Of a stretch of 64,000 nucleotides of DNA, positions 12,690 through 24,246 are shown piece by piece. The stretch comes from Balanoglossus misakiensis (Eukaryota; Animalia; Hemichordata). Location of the stretch: the NCBI GenBank assembly GCA_040954595.2, contig CM082590.2:1612001-1676000 (forward strand). The letters are read 5' to 3'. A program made the translations under genes and the position numbers. Position 1 is the stretch's first letter; every line of letters starts with the position of its first letter. The notes under the pieces are model-generated. The model was given only the letters and a program-made list of their open reading frames with translations. It was not told the origin of the DNA and did no database searches.

Positions 12690-14175
12690 TGTTTTTGGTT
12701 ATCGGACATTCGTGACCCCGAAAGCAACTATGATGTGTATCAGTTCAAATCGGTCCTTTTCGGAGCGGCATGCTCGCCGTTTATTCTTAACGCCGTGATC
12801 AAAACTCACCTGGAGAGTAACACTCCCACGCCTACAGCAGCTAACTTGAAGCGCAACATTTATGTCGACAACGTGATCGACGGCGCTGACTCTAATGAAA
12901 ACGCGGTTTCCTATTTCAATGAAGCTAATCGACTCATGCAGACATGTGGGTTCAAACTACGCGCTTGGTCGTCCAACAGTTCACAGATACGCGAACTCGC
13001 TGAACGGGACAATATCGCTGATCCCTCAACAGAGGTGTCGTGTCCTTACTCGGATTACGCTGGAAACCCGGAACCGACACGGTATCTTACACAAAGCACG
13101 ACGAGACACCGGTTCAAACCGCGCTAACGACAAAACGTGATGTTGTTAGTTCCGCGCCTAAATTGTTTGACCCACTTGGTTTTATCGCCCCAGTTCATGT
13201 TAGAGCGAAACTCTTTGTTCAGTTGCTATGGAAACGCGGTCTCCCTTGGGACGAGCCACTCGACGCTGATCTGATTTCACAGTGGACTCGAATCGCCAAT
13301 GATCTGAATACTGTACGGGACACTACAGTACCACGCCAATATTTCTCGACAAATCGAAGTGGCGATGACTACGAACTACACGTAGACGCCAGCACAACTG
13401 CGTACGGAGCAGTAATTTATCTTCGCGACCCACGAACGCGTGAGACTTCTATCGCCTATGTCGGACTTGACCTTACCACGGTTAGAATTGATGGCCGCCG
13501 TGATCGGTACTCGCCTGAGCAAATTCGTCGTAAACGCACTTTCCGACAAGATCAATATTACGGAACGATATCTCTGGTCGGACAGTCAGATCGTCCTTCA
13601 TTGGATCAACAGTGAGAAAAAACTACCCGTCTTTGTGAACAATCGTGTAAAGGAAATCAACGGTTTTCCTCACGTCTACTAATACTGCCCCACCGGTAAC
13701 AATCCCGCTGATCTGTTAACATGCGGAATCAGATCAGACGAACTCGCCAATTCTACTTTATGGTGGAATGGCCCTACTTGGCTGAAAGAATCAGGTGAAT
13801 GGCCGATTTGTGGCCTATATGATACGAGTAGCTCTGTACACCACGTCGCGGCAACCGACGACTTCATGGTTCGCGCTCACATAGAAACTAATCCGCAGAT
13901 CGATGATAGAATGCAAGATGTTGACCGCGCTCATCTTCAAACTACTGATAACGCTGACTCGCCTACCGCGGAAGACAATCCAGTTGCGGAAGTTGGCATC
14001 CAACGCGCCATGGACATTTCGCGCTTCAACTCATTATAGGACTATTAGACAAACTGTTACGAGTTACCGCGTACGTGCTACGTTTCATATTGCGTCTTAA
14101 ACGAACGGAAATCACACCGTCTGGAGAAATCACGCAGAGGAAATGCGATATGCGGAGCGGATGTGGATCAAGGTG
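12690..14175 (+). mobile_element. BEL/Pao LTR retrotransposon pol fragment (RT C-terminus + Pao RNase H/peptidase A17 region), frameshifted
   Basis: YQFKSVLFGAACSPFIL, NIYVDNV, LLGLRW, TKRDVVS..KLFDPLGFIAP..KLFVQLLW...[72 protein letters not shown]. Confidence 0.93.
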
Positions 14176-15257
14176 TCTACGGTGACACTATTCACTCCGT
14201 GAAAATGAATGCAAAGAAATACGATTTTCTGTTCATTAGATTTAGACTTTGTGATGACTTTTTTTCGGCGGCGGGAGAATGTCGGAGAACAATCAACTGT
14301 TATTTGAACATTCTATAGTATACCCAAAACCTTGCATCGCTATGCGGATCCTGATAGAGATCACTTTGGCCAATCAGGCACTTTCATTACTACGCCCAAT
14401 CACACTTCGAGTTTACCCTCTTAATGTAGCAATTTGTGCTTGTTATTACGTCCGCCTCATGTTCTTGTGCAACTTTGGAACTTGTTCTGTCAGTTGGGTT
14501 CTAGCGGTTAATTAGTTAACACCGCCTATTACTGCAATAAACGTGCCTTTTGCACTTTACGTTGGTCGTCCGTGTCAGACATCATTTAAGGAGCCTTGTT
14601 CATCTAAAATACCGCAACAGTTTATACGATTTTCATCATTGTCAAATGATAGACTACATTGTTATGTCAACTGTAAATGGCGTCAACTAGGACCAGAGTC
14701 AGACAACACCAGGCCGAGTTGGTAACAGACCACTCCGTTCGACTGGAACACAAAATTGTCCGGATAATGGCTGGCCAGACCCTTCACACCTGTTTCTCTG
14801 CTCGGCCACATACCTGTCTAGGACAAAGGGCCTAGCCTGTTTTGAGCAACGTGAATGGCCTACTAGACACGGACATTTGGGTAGTATTTGCCAGTTGGAT
14901 GATAGATTAAATAAAAAAAATGTATATATAGACAAATAATCAGTGTTCTCCTTTCTTATGCATCATTTTAATAAATAGAAACATGGAATTCAAGCAATAA
15001 CCAGTATGTTACTTCTCTGTTGTTGGCTACTTGTACATAATCATCATGACATGATCAATAAGCTATTTTCATGATCCCTACGTGAATTCTTGACTTGCAT
15101 ATTCATTGGTGTGAATCTACTATTTTGATTTAAAACTCTGTAAGTGCCAATGATGTTCACTGAATTGAACTTCCATTTTTTTATATATTTCATATAACAT
15201 AATGTAGAATACACAAACAGACAGACAAATAAACAAGCAAACAAACAAACAAAAGTT

Positions 15258-15508
15258 AGGGACTGTTCAGATTTTACTTTCAGGGTGGGGCCGGAGGATT
15301 TTTTATTTTCCTGGTGATTTTTTTTCCATGGACCCCAGTAAATTGTGGAGGAAATCTGTGGTACCCCTTAAATTTCCTAGAGTTTTTCCATGGTCCCCCA
15401 AAAAGGATTGTGATTTTTACGTCTATTCCTCCCTAATTGTTCTTGGAGAAAATGGGCGGTCCTTCCTGGTAATCCTCCGCCCCCGGAAGTAAATCCTGAA
15501 CAGTCGCA
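15258..15508. mobile_element. Short MITE, same family as 28478-30406
   Basis: AGGGACTGTTCAGATTTTACTT...AAGTAAATCCTGAACAGTC. The first ~110 bp align with 28478 onward. Confidence 0.75.
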
Positions 15509-16949
15509 GCTAGCACACTGGCTTTTCTGCCAGAGGAGCGACAACATCAACAAAATGCAGATACACAAGAAATAAGCAGTATATTCCACAAGTGAAGAAT
15601 CCCAGTTACAGACGTTACGAACAAACAACCTTCCAACAACAAAGCTGATCTCTGTTACCCAGTCGCCTTTGCAAAGGCATCTGGGTAATCAAGACTACAA
15701 CAAAGCAAGAAAAGGGTCAAGCGTCGTCAAAGAAAACGTAAAAAATCCAGCATGAGTGGTAAAAGTTATTGGTATAAAACGAATAGGGCCTTCTAGAAAT
15801 GACGTCTCAGACCCGCAAACGCCACCAGAACACAAAACACTTGCACAGAACAGTTTAAGCCGGTTGTTGTATGGAGCAGCAATAATATGCGGTTGGGCCG
15901 TCGTAGATTTTCGCTGGTGGTGAAAAAAAAACGCGATCAAGGCTCAATTTTATTCCGGATCACATGCGGTTACGGCCAGAAGAGGGCGTCAAAGTCTTCA
16001 AATTACCATGTGGTGGCGCACTTTTTTCGATTGGCTGGATTTCAATTTGTCCGTGGTAAATTTAATTTTTGCCGGTGACTGGCACGGAAACTCTTAGCAA
16101 GGTTGAGGTAGGGTGGAAAAATGCCCCATTGATTCATTTTGGCTATTTTAAAATATGCAGTTTCATGGGGATGGACTACTCGACTATCCCAGAGAGGGGG
16201 CACACGCGACAATAAGAGCGCCACCATTTGTTCAAATTGGAGGTGATCTTGTATTAAGTTGTAGACTTTGTCCGACATCGTCCGGTCATCACGGCTGAAA
16301 TACTCCCTTTGCGCATTGCTTACCCCGGTGTAGTCTACTCCACTAGAAATGAAGAAAGTAAATATAAGATTACCACCCGAAGTCTCAAACGTGAAAGCCA
16401 TTTCAGTGGCACTACAGTGGATAAACATTTAATCCGTGTATACGTCATGAAACTGAATCAGATAACTTTTATTCAAACCAAATAAATGAAACATATGAAG
16501 AGAGGCCTATCTTGATTAAACACATTAATCTGATATTTTATCATATTAGGTAACTCAATATTTTACACTTTACATATTTTACCAATAACACAATGCTTCA
16601 GCGAACCCATCAGGAGCAACTTTAGCAGAATACATTTCCTTGATTTTCGTTACATGGTCTTAATTCGGGAGACATTTCTCAATAAAATCAAAAGTCACAG
16701 TTCATATTTTTATAGAAACGGTCCAATTTGTCGAGTGCGCAGTGACAAGACATGCATCGTGCATAGACCACTACGCGGATAGGGTTTCTGCAATGCATGA
16801 TGGTATAATTTGCGTGCAACAGTGCATGGCTAACGCAAGCGCTCAGAACGCAAACTGTCCCACAACACCCTGCTTTATGCTATCCGCGAAGTGGTCCATG
16901 GTAGTGACAACAATTCCTATAGAGCAGTTAAAAAATAAACCGGCCGGCC

Positions 16950-17110
16950 GTAAATTCATTGGCTGTATTGTTTGTATTTATTTGATTTGAAAGGTCGCGT
17001 TTTCCCTGTTGCCTGCTATTAGTTCAGGGCCAGTTTCAGCAGTGCTCTATTGAGTACTTTCGTATCGATGGATTGAGCTCTCGTCCAATCAGAATGGCGG
17101 ATGGTAGCAT
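16950..17110 (+). promoter_or_regulatory. Candidate promoter (CCAAT boxes + YY1-like site) upstream of the exon array
   Basis: attggctg at about 16958 and ccaatcagAATGGCGG at about 17085-17100, in a locally CpG-rich region. Motif evidence only. Confidence 0.3.
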
Positions 17111-17528
17111 GATCTGACATATTGCGTATTGCAATAGGCCTTCCACAGATAGGTCAGAACGGAGAGGTCATTCCCCTCAGCTTCTTTGTCTTTTCTATTA
17201 TTTTTGACAAATGCGGATTGACGTTCCGTTTCTACATGGCCATAACTGATATTTATTTACGTTTCATAGCGTTAGCGCTTGCTATTCGTTTCGCAATTGT
17301 TTTCGTAGTACAAACAAATTGAAGAAGACGAAATATATTATCTATGTCCCTAATGATATAATCGGGGTTACATAATCGCACTTCCAAAGAACGCCGTGAC
17401 AGAATTCATCAGTTGGCGAGGCGCATTCTCCACCCGCACGCAAACGTTGCACTGCATACTTTGACTAATTAGTATGCGAAAGCAAGATTCTGATTGAGTA
17501 GTGACTAATTTGCATAATTGACGAGCAG

Positions 17529-17643
17529 GTGCTGCCTCGTTCTCGTACCGCTGAACGTTGCATTTGAAAAATCATTGCAGCTTCGACGTTCATCAAGCAT
17601 GGAGGTCCCGGTCGCCTCCATGCTTGATGATGTCGTTTCTCTG
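17529..17643 (+). ncRNA. Putative lncRNA exon 0 containing a pre-miRNA-like hairpin
   Basis: Branch-like gactaat, acceptor gcag|, donor |gtaagc. Perfect 16-bp stem tcatcaagcatggagg/cctccatgcttgatga with a 9-nt loop. The upstream intron resembles that of the B exons (ctaattagtatg..aaagcaag..tgatt..actaatt..tgcata). Confidence 0.55.
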
Positions 17644-18280
17644 GTAAGCATGGCATTTAATGTTATTTTACAAGTACATGTACACTTCTTCTAGCAAAAA
17701 CTGGTAGTGGTAGGGCGAGAGTGTCCTCCCAACATCGAAATTCTGACTTTGGGAAGCGTTACAGCGCCGAACAGTAAACTCACAGTCGCATGGAATTTAT
17801 TCGTTGTTTTACACTATGCGAGTAAATTGTACGTCGTTCGTGGCCTCGAGTCAGCTTTGTCAGCATCACCCTCTCTTTGTGGCTTAGTGACGCCCGGGGC
17901 CGTGGATCGAAAAAAGTACCAACACTAACCCTAACCGTTGAATATACCCTAACACTTGCATGTCAACAAACCATATTTATTGATAAAGAAATATGTATTT
18001 GTTTATAATGCCAATCATCAACAACGACAACAAACAAACAAACAAACAATAAAATCGCGGAGGGAGAGCCCCCTGTGGTAACACACTACAGTATAACTTT
18101 TAAGGCAAAGCAAGAGCGAATAAACTGACCAGAATTAGTTTTGTTATTGGGGAGATTTTTGGCACCATTGAGACTGTTATCAGCTACCAGTGTCAGCTAT
18201 GGCATAGCTGTTAACACGCAGCCCTGCCACGCAGAGCTACTATGACTGGTTACTAACTTCTATGTCTATTTGATTCACAG

Positions 18281-18355
18281 ATGCTGCCTGAAATTGTCTG
18301 CATTTCAACTCGGGATTCTCTTCCTCGTCCGAGGCGAGTTTAAGACCGCTCAATG
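18281..18355 (+). ncRNA. Putative lncRNA exon A1 (75 nt; 5' hairpin arm)
   Basis: TACTAAC branch point at 18251, tttgattcacag| acceptor, |gtaagc donor. Confidence 0.65.
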
Positions 18356-18915
18356 GTAAGCATGACTTGCTATATATTTGCTTTTATCGCGCGTTGCAAA
18401 CGAAACAATAGGAAGCAGTGTATGTCTACGAACGAATTTACACATTCCAGCTTTCAATACTTGTTTTTCCCCTTCGAATTCTGGCCTTGATTGCCTGTGA
18501 TATGGTCGTGATGACATGAATTAAATGGACAACTCACAAGTTCAAATCTTCACGTGGAGAAAAAAAATAAATTTGGATGCATTCCATATAGCGAAAATTA
18601 CTCCCATACCAATACACAGGGAGATACTGTAGCTTTGGCAGAACATGCGCTAGTCCAACACCATGCTTAACCAAACTGGCTAAGAGATATATTATCATAT
18701 TAGACGCATGAAGGAAAGTAATGTTGTTTAAAGTGACATAAAACAATACTTTAGGCCAGAAAGAAATATGTAACTCATGACACAAACAGGCTGGATATTT
18801 TTTCTGACCCTATATTATACCATGTTTTGCATATTTTCACTAATTAGTATGGCCCACATAATTCTAAAGCAAGGTTGATTGGTTACTAATTAATATGCAT
18901 ATATTTGATTCACAG

Positions 18916-18988
18916 TCTTAAACACAGCATTTCAACGTATGCCGGAGGAGGAAGAGAATACCTAGGCCTGATCCAAGACCGCTTTCCG
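18916..18988 (+). ncRNA. Putative lncRNA exon B1 (73 nt; 3' hairpin arm)
   Basis: tactaat branch, tttgattcacag| acceptor, |gtaagc donor. Complementary to A1. Confidence 0.65.
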
Positions 18989-19786
18989 GTAAGCACAACT
19001 TGCTGTATACATGCTCCATAGCTTGTTTGTAAAGGCTACCTTTTCCCATCAAATAGTGAAGTCGCCCTTTCAAAATTATGGTGGTGGCAAGCCACATCTG
19101 GTTATCATGGAGATTTGGACACCACTAATGATCATTTGAATATTTTCCACTTGGTAACCTTTATGTACCACTATCTTCAACAATTTCAGTCAACAAGATT
19201 TATATATCGCTGTATAGCAAGGCCGAACAAATATGACTGATTGATAGGGATTTATCTGAAAATGTGACAAAATCAACAAATACAGAATAATCAGTCACCA
19301 AACATGTATTATGTTTTATTCGAGGGAACCTGAGCGGGGTCCCATAAACCTGCCAACCCATGCTTGCCATGACTTTACAAATGTGTCCGTCATACTATGC
19401 AGAAAATTCTGGCTGCCTTAAATAGGTTTTCACTTAGCGCTAGGGGGTCAAATCTCATTGCATTCTGGGCAGAAAGTCCACAACCAACTGTAGTAAGAGA
19501 TAGAAGAAATGATATGTTTACTGTATTTCATGACTTCCTTTGGTCAAACATTTCTGTCTCTGATTTCCCTGTGATTTGGTTGACAGGTTTTTAAATCCTA
19601 TCTCTAAATCATGAAGTACATGTATCAGAATTGCATCCCCCCCCCCAAAAAAAAAAAAATCTAGTCACCCTTGGCGTTTAATATTAGCCATTGATCTGGG
19701 AAAGTTACAAAAATGTGTTGTCCAAGCACGTTGAAGGTAGTGAAGTGGTTTTTACACTAGCCATGAAGGCATTTTACTAAAATTAT

Positions 19787-21330
19787 TAGGTCCCGTTTGG
19801 TATATGTATTTATACCATGGGACCTTACAGGATCAGTTGCACCTGTATGTATGGATGTCTGTATGGATGTTTGTCTGTATGTCCATCAACATCAAACATT
19901 TGGAAACTACTGGCGTGTGACCTTGATATTTAGTGTGGAGATGCAGGCAGGGCAGTAGGTGGGAGTTTGTCTAAATGAAGTTGTCATTGCCAAAATATGC
20001 AAATGAGCTGGGAAAGTGTCAAACTTGTCAAAACTCAGGAACTCAAAAACTACTAGGTAAATTGCTTCAAAATTGAAAATTGATATGCATGTACCTTATG
20101 GTAACCTCACACAGCCCTTTGTGTTGTCAGCTTATGTGAATTTCCAATGTTTATGCATTTTTTGTCTGCACATTATCGGTAAAAAATCTATTTTTCTGGA
20201 ATTGATCAGCTGACTTGTTTGAAATTTAGTATGAAGCTTCACAGGTGATCTGAGTTACCATAGTTTTGATTAAAGTGTTGCAAAATTTGTGTATTTTAAT
20301 TTTGTAGCAATTTTTAGGTCCCATGGCATTTGGTTTGTGTATACATATATACGATTGGGACCTTATGGAATGACTTGCATCTGTATGTATGGATGAACAG
20401 ATGAAAACTGCTGCGCGCATCACTTCCATATTTAGTGTGTAGATGAAGGCGGGGCTGTAGATGGGATTTTGTTCAAACGAGGTTGCCATTGCCAAAAGTA
20501 TTACCTGTGAAAATGTGAAATTGGTCAAACGTCAGAAACTCAACAACCACTGGTCAGATTGATCTAAAAACGGTTATGTCAATGAACCCCATACAGTCCT
20601 GTATGCTTTGAGCTAATATTATGAATTTTCTAATGTTTATTAATTTTTTGTCTTTTCCCACATTATTGGTAAAAAAATCTTCACTTCTGAAAGCGATAGT
20701 CTGAATCCTTCGAAATTAAGTATGAAGCTTCCTATAGGTGGTCCAAGTTTCCATAGTTTTTGTTCAGATTCTTGTAAAATAGGCATATTTATAATTTTGA
20801 GCAATTTTGCCAATTTTGGTCAGAATGCTTTGCAATTTGGTAGGCATTTTCCAAGGGGTAACCCAAGTAAGACGTTGTAAAAATGGTTAAAACTTCGTGC
20901 TTGTCTTATTTGGGGATATTTATTGCAATCTTTGTCAAAAACTGTTTTCTCTGAAAACGTTCAAACCATTGTCTGATTGCTTTGAACTTTGGCAGGATTG
21001 TTCCTTGTAGTGATTGAAGTAAGATGGTGTAAAATTATAGTGACTTTTGCATATTTGTGTTTTTGCCACTTTTGAACAAATGTGTTTTTCTTTGAAACTG
21101 CTTTTTTCATGGCTTTGAAATATGGTAGGAAAATTCCTAGGGGTAACCCACATTTTTTTTCTGATTGCTTTAGAAGTTGGTTAACAATTTCATAACACAC
21201 TTACATGTATGTGCAGCTTTGATTGAATTCTGGTTGTCAATATTTAGGTATTTTGTTGTAAATTTCTTTGTTTTTGGATAGCGAATCGTTTAAACCAATT
21301 GTTCAGTTTCTTTGAAAGTTACTGTTAACA
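19787..21330 (+). repeat. Stacked DINE-1/HINE-like repeats (paralogous blocks at about 23207-25300, 26360-27560, 31590-32140, 33150-33900, 34310-34520)
   Basis: AGGTCCC..GGGACCT 5' palindrome followed by (tgta/tgga)n microsatellite, then degenerate gaaatttggta/cagattgcttt subrepeats. Confidence 0.65.
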
Positions 21331-21420
21331 AGGAGAGTTGGTACACCCAACTTAGACTTTTACAACCAACTTAGAGCTACTATGACTGGTTACTAACTTC
21401 TATTTCTATTTGATTCTCAG

Positions 21421-21496
21421 ATGCTGCCTGAGATTGTCTGCATTTCAACCTCAGGATTCTCTTCCTCGTCTGGGGCGAGTTTAAGACCGCTCAATG
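21421..21496 (+). ncRNA. Putative lncRNA exon A2 (76 nt)
   Basis: TACTAAC branch, tgattctcag| acceptor, |gtaagc donor. Paralog of A1 with a 1-nt length difference. Confidence 0.65.
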
Positions 21497-22063
21497 GTAA
21501 GCATGACTTGCTATAAAGTTGCCTTTATCGGGCGTTGCAACCAAAGCAATAGGAAGCAATGTATGTCTACGCACTAATTTACACATTCGAGTTATGAATA
21601 CTTCGAATTCTGGCCTCGATTGCCTGTGATATGATCGTGATGACATGAATTAAATGGTCAAGTTCAAATCTTCATGTGAAGCATAAATTAAATTTGGATG
21701 CATTTACTTAACCATATAGCTAGAAATTACTCCCATACCAATACACAGGGAGATACCGTAACTTTGGCTGAAAGTGTGCTAGGCCAATATTATGCTTAAT
21801 CAAACTGGCTTACAGAAATGTTATTACATTAGACACATGAAGGAAAGTAATGTTGTTTAGAGTGAAATAAAATGTAAATGGAGTTTTAAGATCGCTGTTA
21901 CAGATTTCTTTGATACGTATTCCACTGTTGTACATTGTCGCAACACAGTCTGACCCTACATTATACCATGTTTTGCATATTTTCACTAATTAGTATGGCC
22001 CACATAATTCTAAAGCAAAGTTGATTGGTTACTAATTAATATTTGCATATATTTGATTCACAG

Positions 22064-22136
22064 TCTTAAACACAGCATTTCAACGTATGCCGGAGGAGGA
22101 AGAGAATACCTAGGCCTGATCCAAGACCGCTTTCCG
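22064..22136 (+). ncRNA. Putative lncRNA exon B2 (73 nt)
   Basis: Identical to B1 by eye, with the same splice signals. Confidence 0.65.
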
Positions 22137-23986
22137 GTAAGCACAACTTGCTGTATACATGCTCCATAGCTTGTTTGTAAAGGCTACCTTTTCCCATGAA
22201 ATAGTGAAGTCACCCTTTCAAAATTATGGTGGTGGCAAGCCACAATCGGTTATCATGGAGAGTCCCATAAACTTACCAGCCCACGCTAGCCATGACTTTA
22301 CAAATGTTTCCCGTCATACTGTGCAGAAAATTCTGGCTGCCTTAAATAGGTTTTCACTTTGCGCTAGGGGTCAATTCACATTGCATTCTAGGCGAAAAGT
22401 CCACAACCCACTGTAGTAAGAGATAGAAGAAGTGATACATTTTTTGTATTTCATGCTTTGGTCAAACATGTCTGTCGCTGTAGTTAGCATATTAAACGCA
22501 TTAATATGAACTCCCATTTCTGTAACATGGCAAAAATCGGCCATCTTGAAATTGTCGACCATATGAGATTTTCATCACTCACTTAGGGTAGCTTTAAACG
22601 TATTTCAGGGGAGAATTGTATAGGCATGACTTGGGCTATAAATTTGATGAAATAGCTACATGCCTATTGTTCACAAGCAGCTGACTGTACTGAAAGACTG
22701 GAAGTGTTGTTTACTTGTAATTAGACCCTCTCATGTATATCTTGGGGATTGCTCGATCGCAATGTCTCTGCTGGTACAATGTCCTTTTAACATGTACAGT
22801 AATATGGTAGTAATTGTAAGTTTGTGTGCGGCATTTGTATTTATAATTATTTTGTAAATTTCTTCATTCTCAAATTGCTTTCCCAACTGCATTAAACTTT
22901 AAATTTTGGTATGATTTTGAGTAGAGTTTTTGTTTCAAAATTATTTTCGACCCTTTTGACATTTTTGGGTGATATGATTTTACATGGAAAATCTGATTTC
23001 CCTGTAATTCGGTTGACAGGATTATCACCATATCTCTAAATCATGAAGTACATGTATCAGAATTGCATCAGGCCCCCCCAAATTTTAGTCGCCTTTGGAA
23101 AGTAATATTAGCCATTGATCTGGGGAAGTTACAAAAATGTGTTGTCCAAGGGCGTTGAAGGTACAAGTGTTTTTACACTAGCTATGTAGGCATTTTATCA
23201 GAATTGTTAGGTCCCATTTGGTATTTGTATTTATGCCATGGGACCTTATGGGATCAGTTGCACCTGATGTATGGATGTTTATTTGTATGTCCGTCAACAT
23301 CAAACACTTGGAAACCTTGATATTTTGTGTGAAGATGCAGACAGGGGGGGGGGAGGGGGGTAGATGGGAGTTTGTCTAAATGAAGTTGTCATTGCCAAAA
23401 TATGCAAATTAACTGGGAAAGTGTCTAATTCGTAAACTCTGAAACTCGACAACTACAGGGCAAATTGCTTTCAAAATTGAAAATTGGTATGCATGTACCT
23501 AACGTTAACCTCACACAATTCTATATATTGTGAGCTAATAATGTGAATTTTTTATTTTTATGCATTTGTTTGTCTCTTTCCACATTATCGGGAAAAAATC
23601 TACTTTTCTGGAATTGATCAGCTGATTTGTTTGATAATTAGTATGAAGGTTCATAGGTGATCTGTGTTACCAACCTTAGTTTTGTTTAAATTGCTGCCAA
23701 AATTTGGGTATTTATAATTTTGGAGCAATTTTTAGGTCCCATTTGGTTTATGTGCATGTATATGATTGGGACCCGAGGAATCAGTTGCATTTGTATGTAT
23801 GAGTGAATGGATGAAAACCCCTGCGCGTATCACTTCCATATTTAGTGTGTAGATGCAGGTGGGGCTGTAGATGGGATTTTGTTCAAATGTAGTTGTCATT
23901 GCTGAAAGTATTACCTGTGAAAATGTGAAATTGGTCAAAAGTCAGAAACTCAACAACCACTGGTCAGATTGATCTGAAAACTGGTA

Positions 23987-24246
23987 CAGTGCAGCTTAGG
24001 AATAGCTTTCCAATTTGCTAACAACTTGCTGACACGGTGTTTATAATGAGTCAACACAGTGTTAGCATGTGCTACAAAGGTATTAAACCTTGGCGCACCA
24101 TATTGTTTTGGCACACCCCAGTTAAACACAAGCCCAATAGGTGCTAATTAGAGCGCCAATAGGGTGCTAACCCAGAGTTGACCCAGTGTTTAAACAGAGT
24201 TGACCCAGTGTTGGTGCAGTTTAAAAGCTATTCCCAAGCTGCACCG
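23987..24246. mobile_element. 260-bp Tc1/mariner-type MITE, TA target duplication, empty site visible in the paralog
   Basis: TA|CAGTGCAGCTTAGGAATAGCTTT...AAAGCTATTCCCAAGCTGCACCG|TA. The paralogous site at about 20575 has a single TA (cggtTAtgtcaatgaacc). Confidence 0.9.

Noticed and set aside
16042-16428. 128-aa minus-strand ORF
   Set aside because: No recognisable motif or supporting splice structure; probably a chance ORF in a TE remnant.
17925-17936. ctaaccctaacc telomere-like motif
   Set aside because: Only two units, which is expected by chance or within TEs.
18281-22136. A/B exons as a repeat-protein coding gene
   Set aside because: Exon lengths are 75/73/76/73, paralogs would be read in different frames, and the spliced chain reaches TAG in B2.
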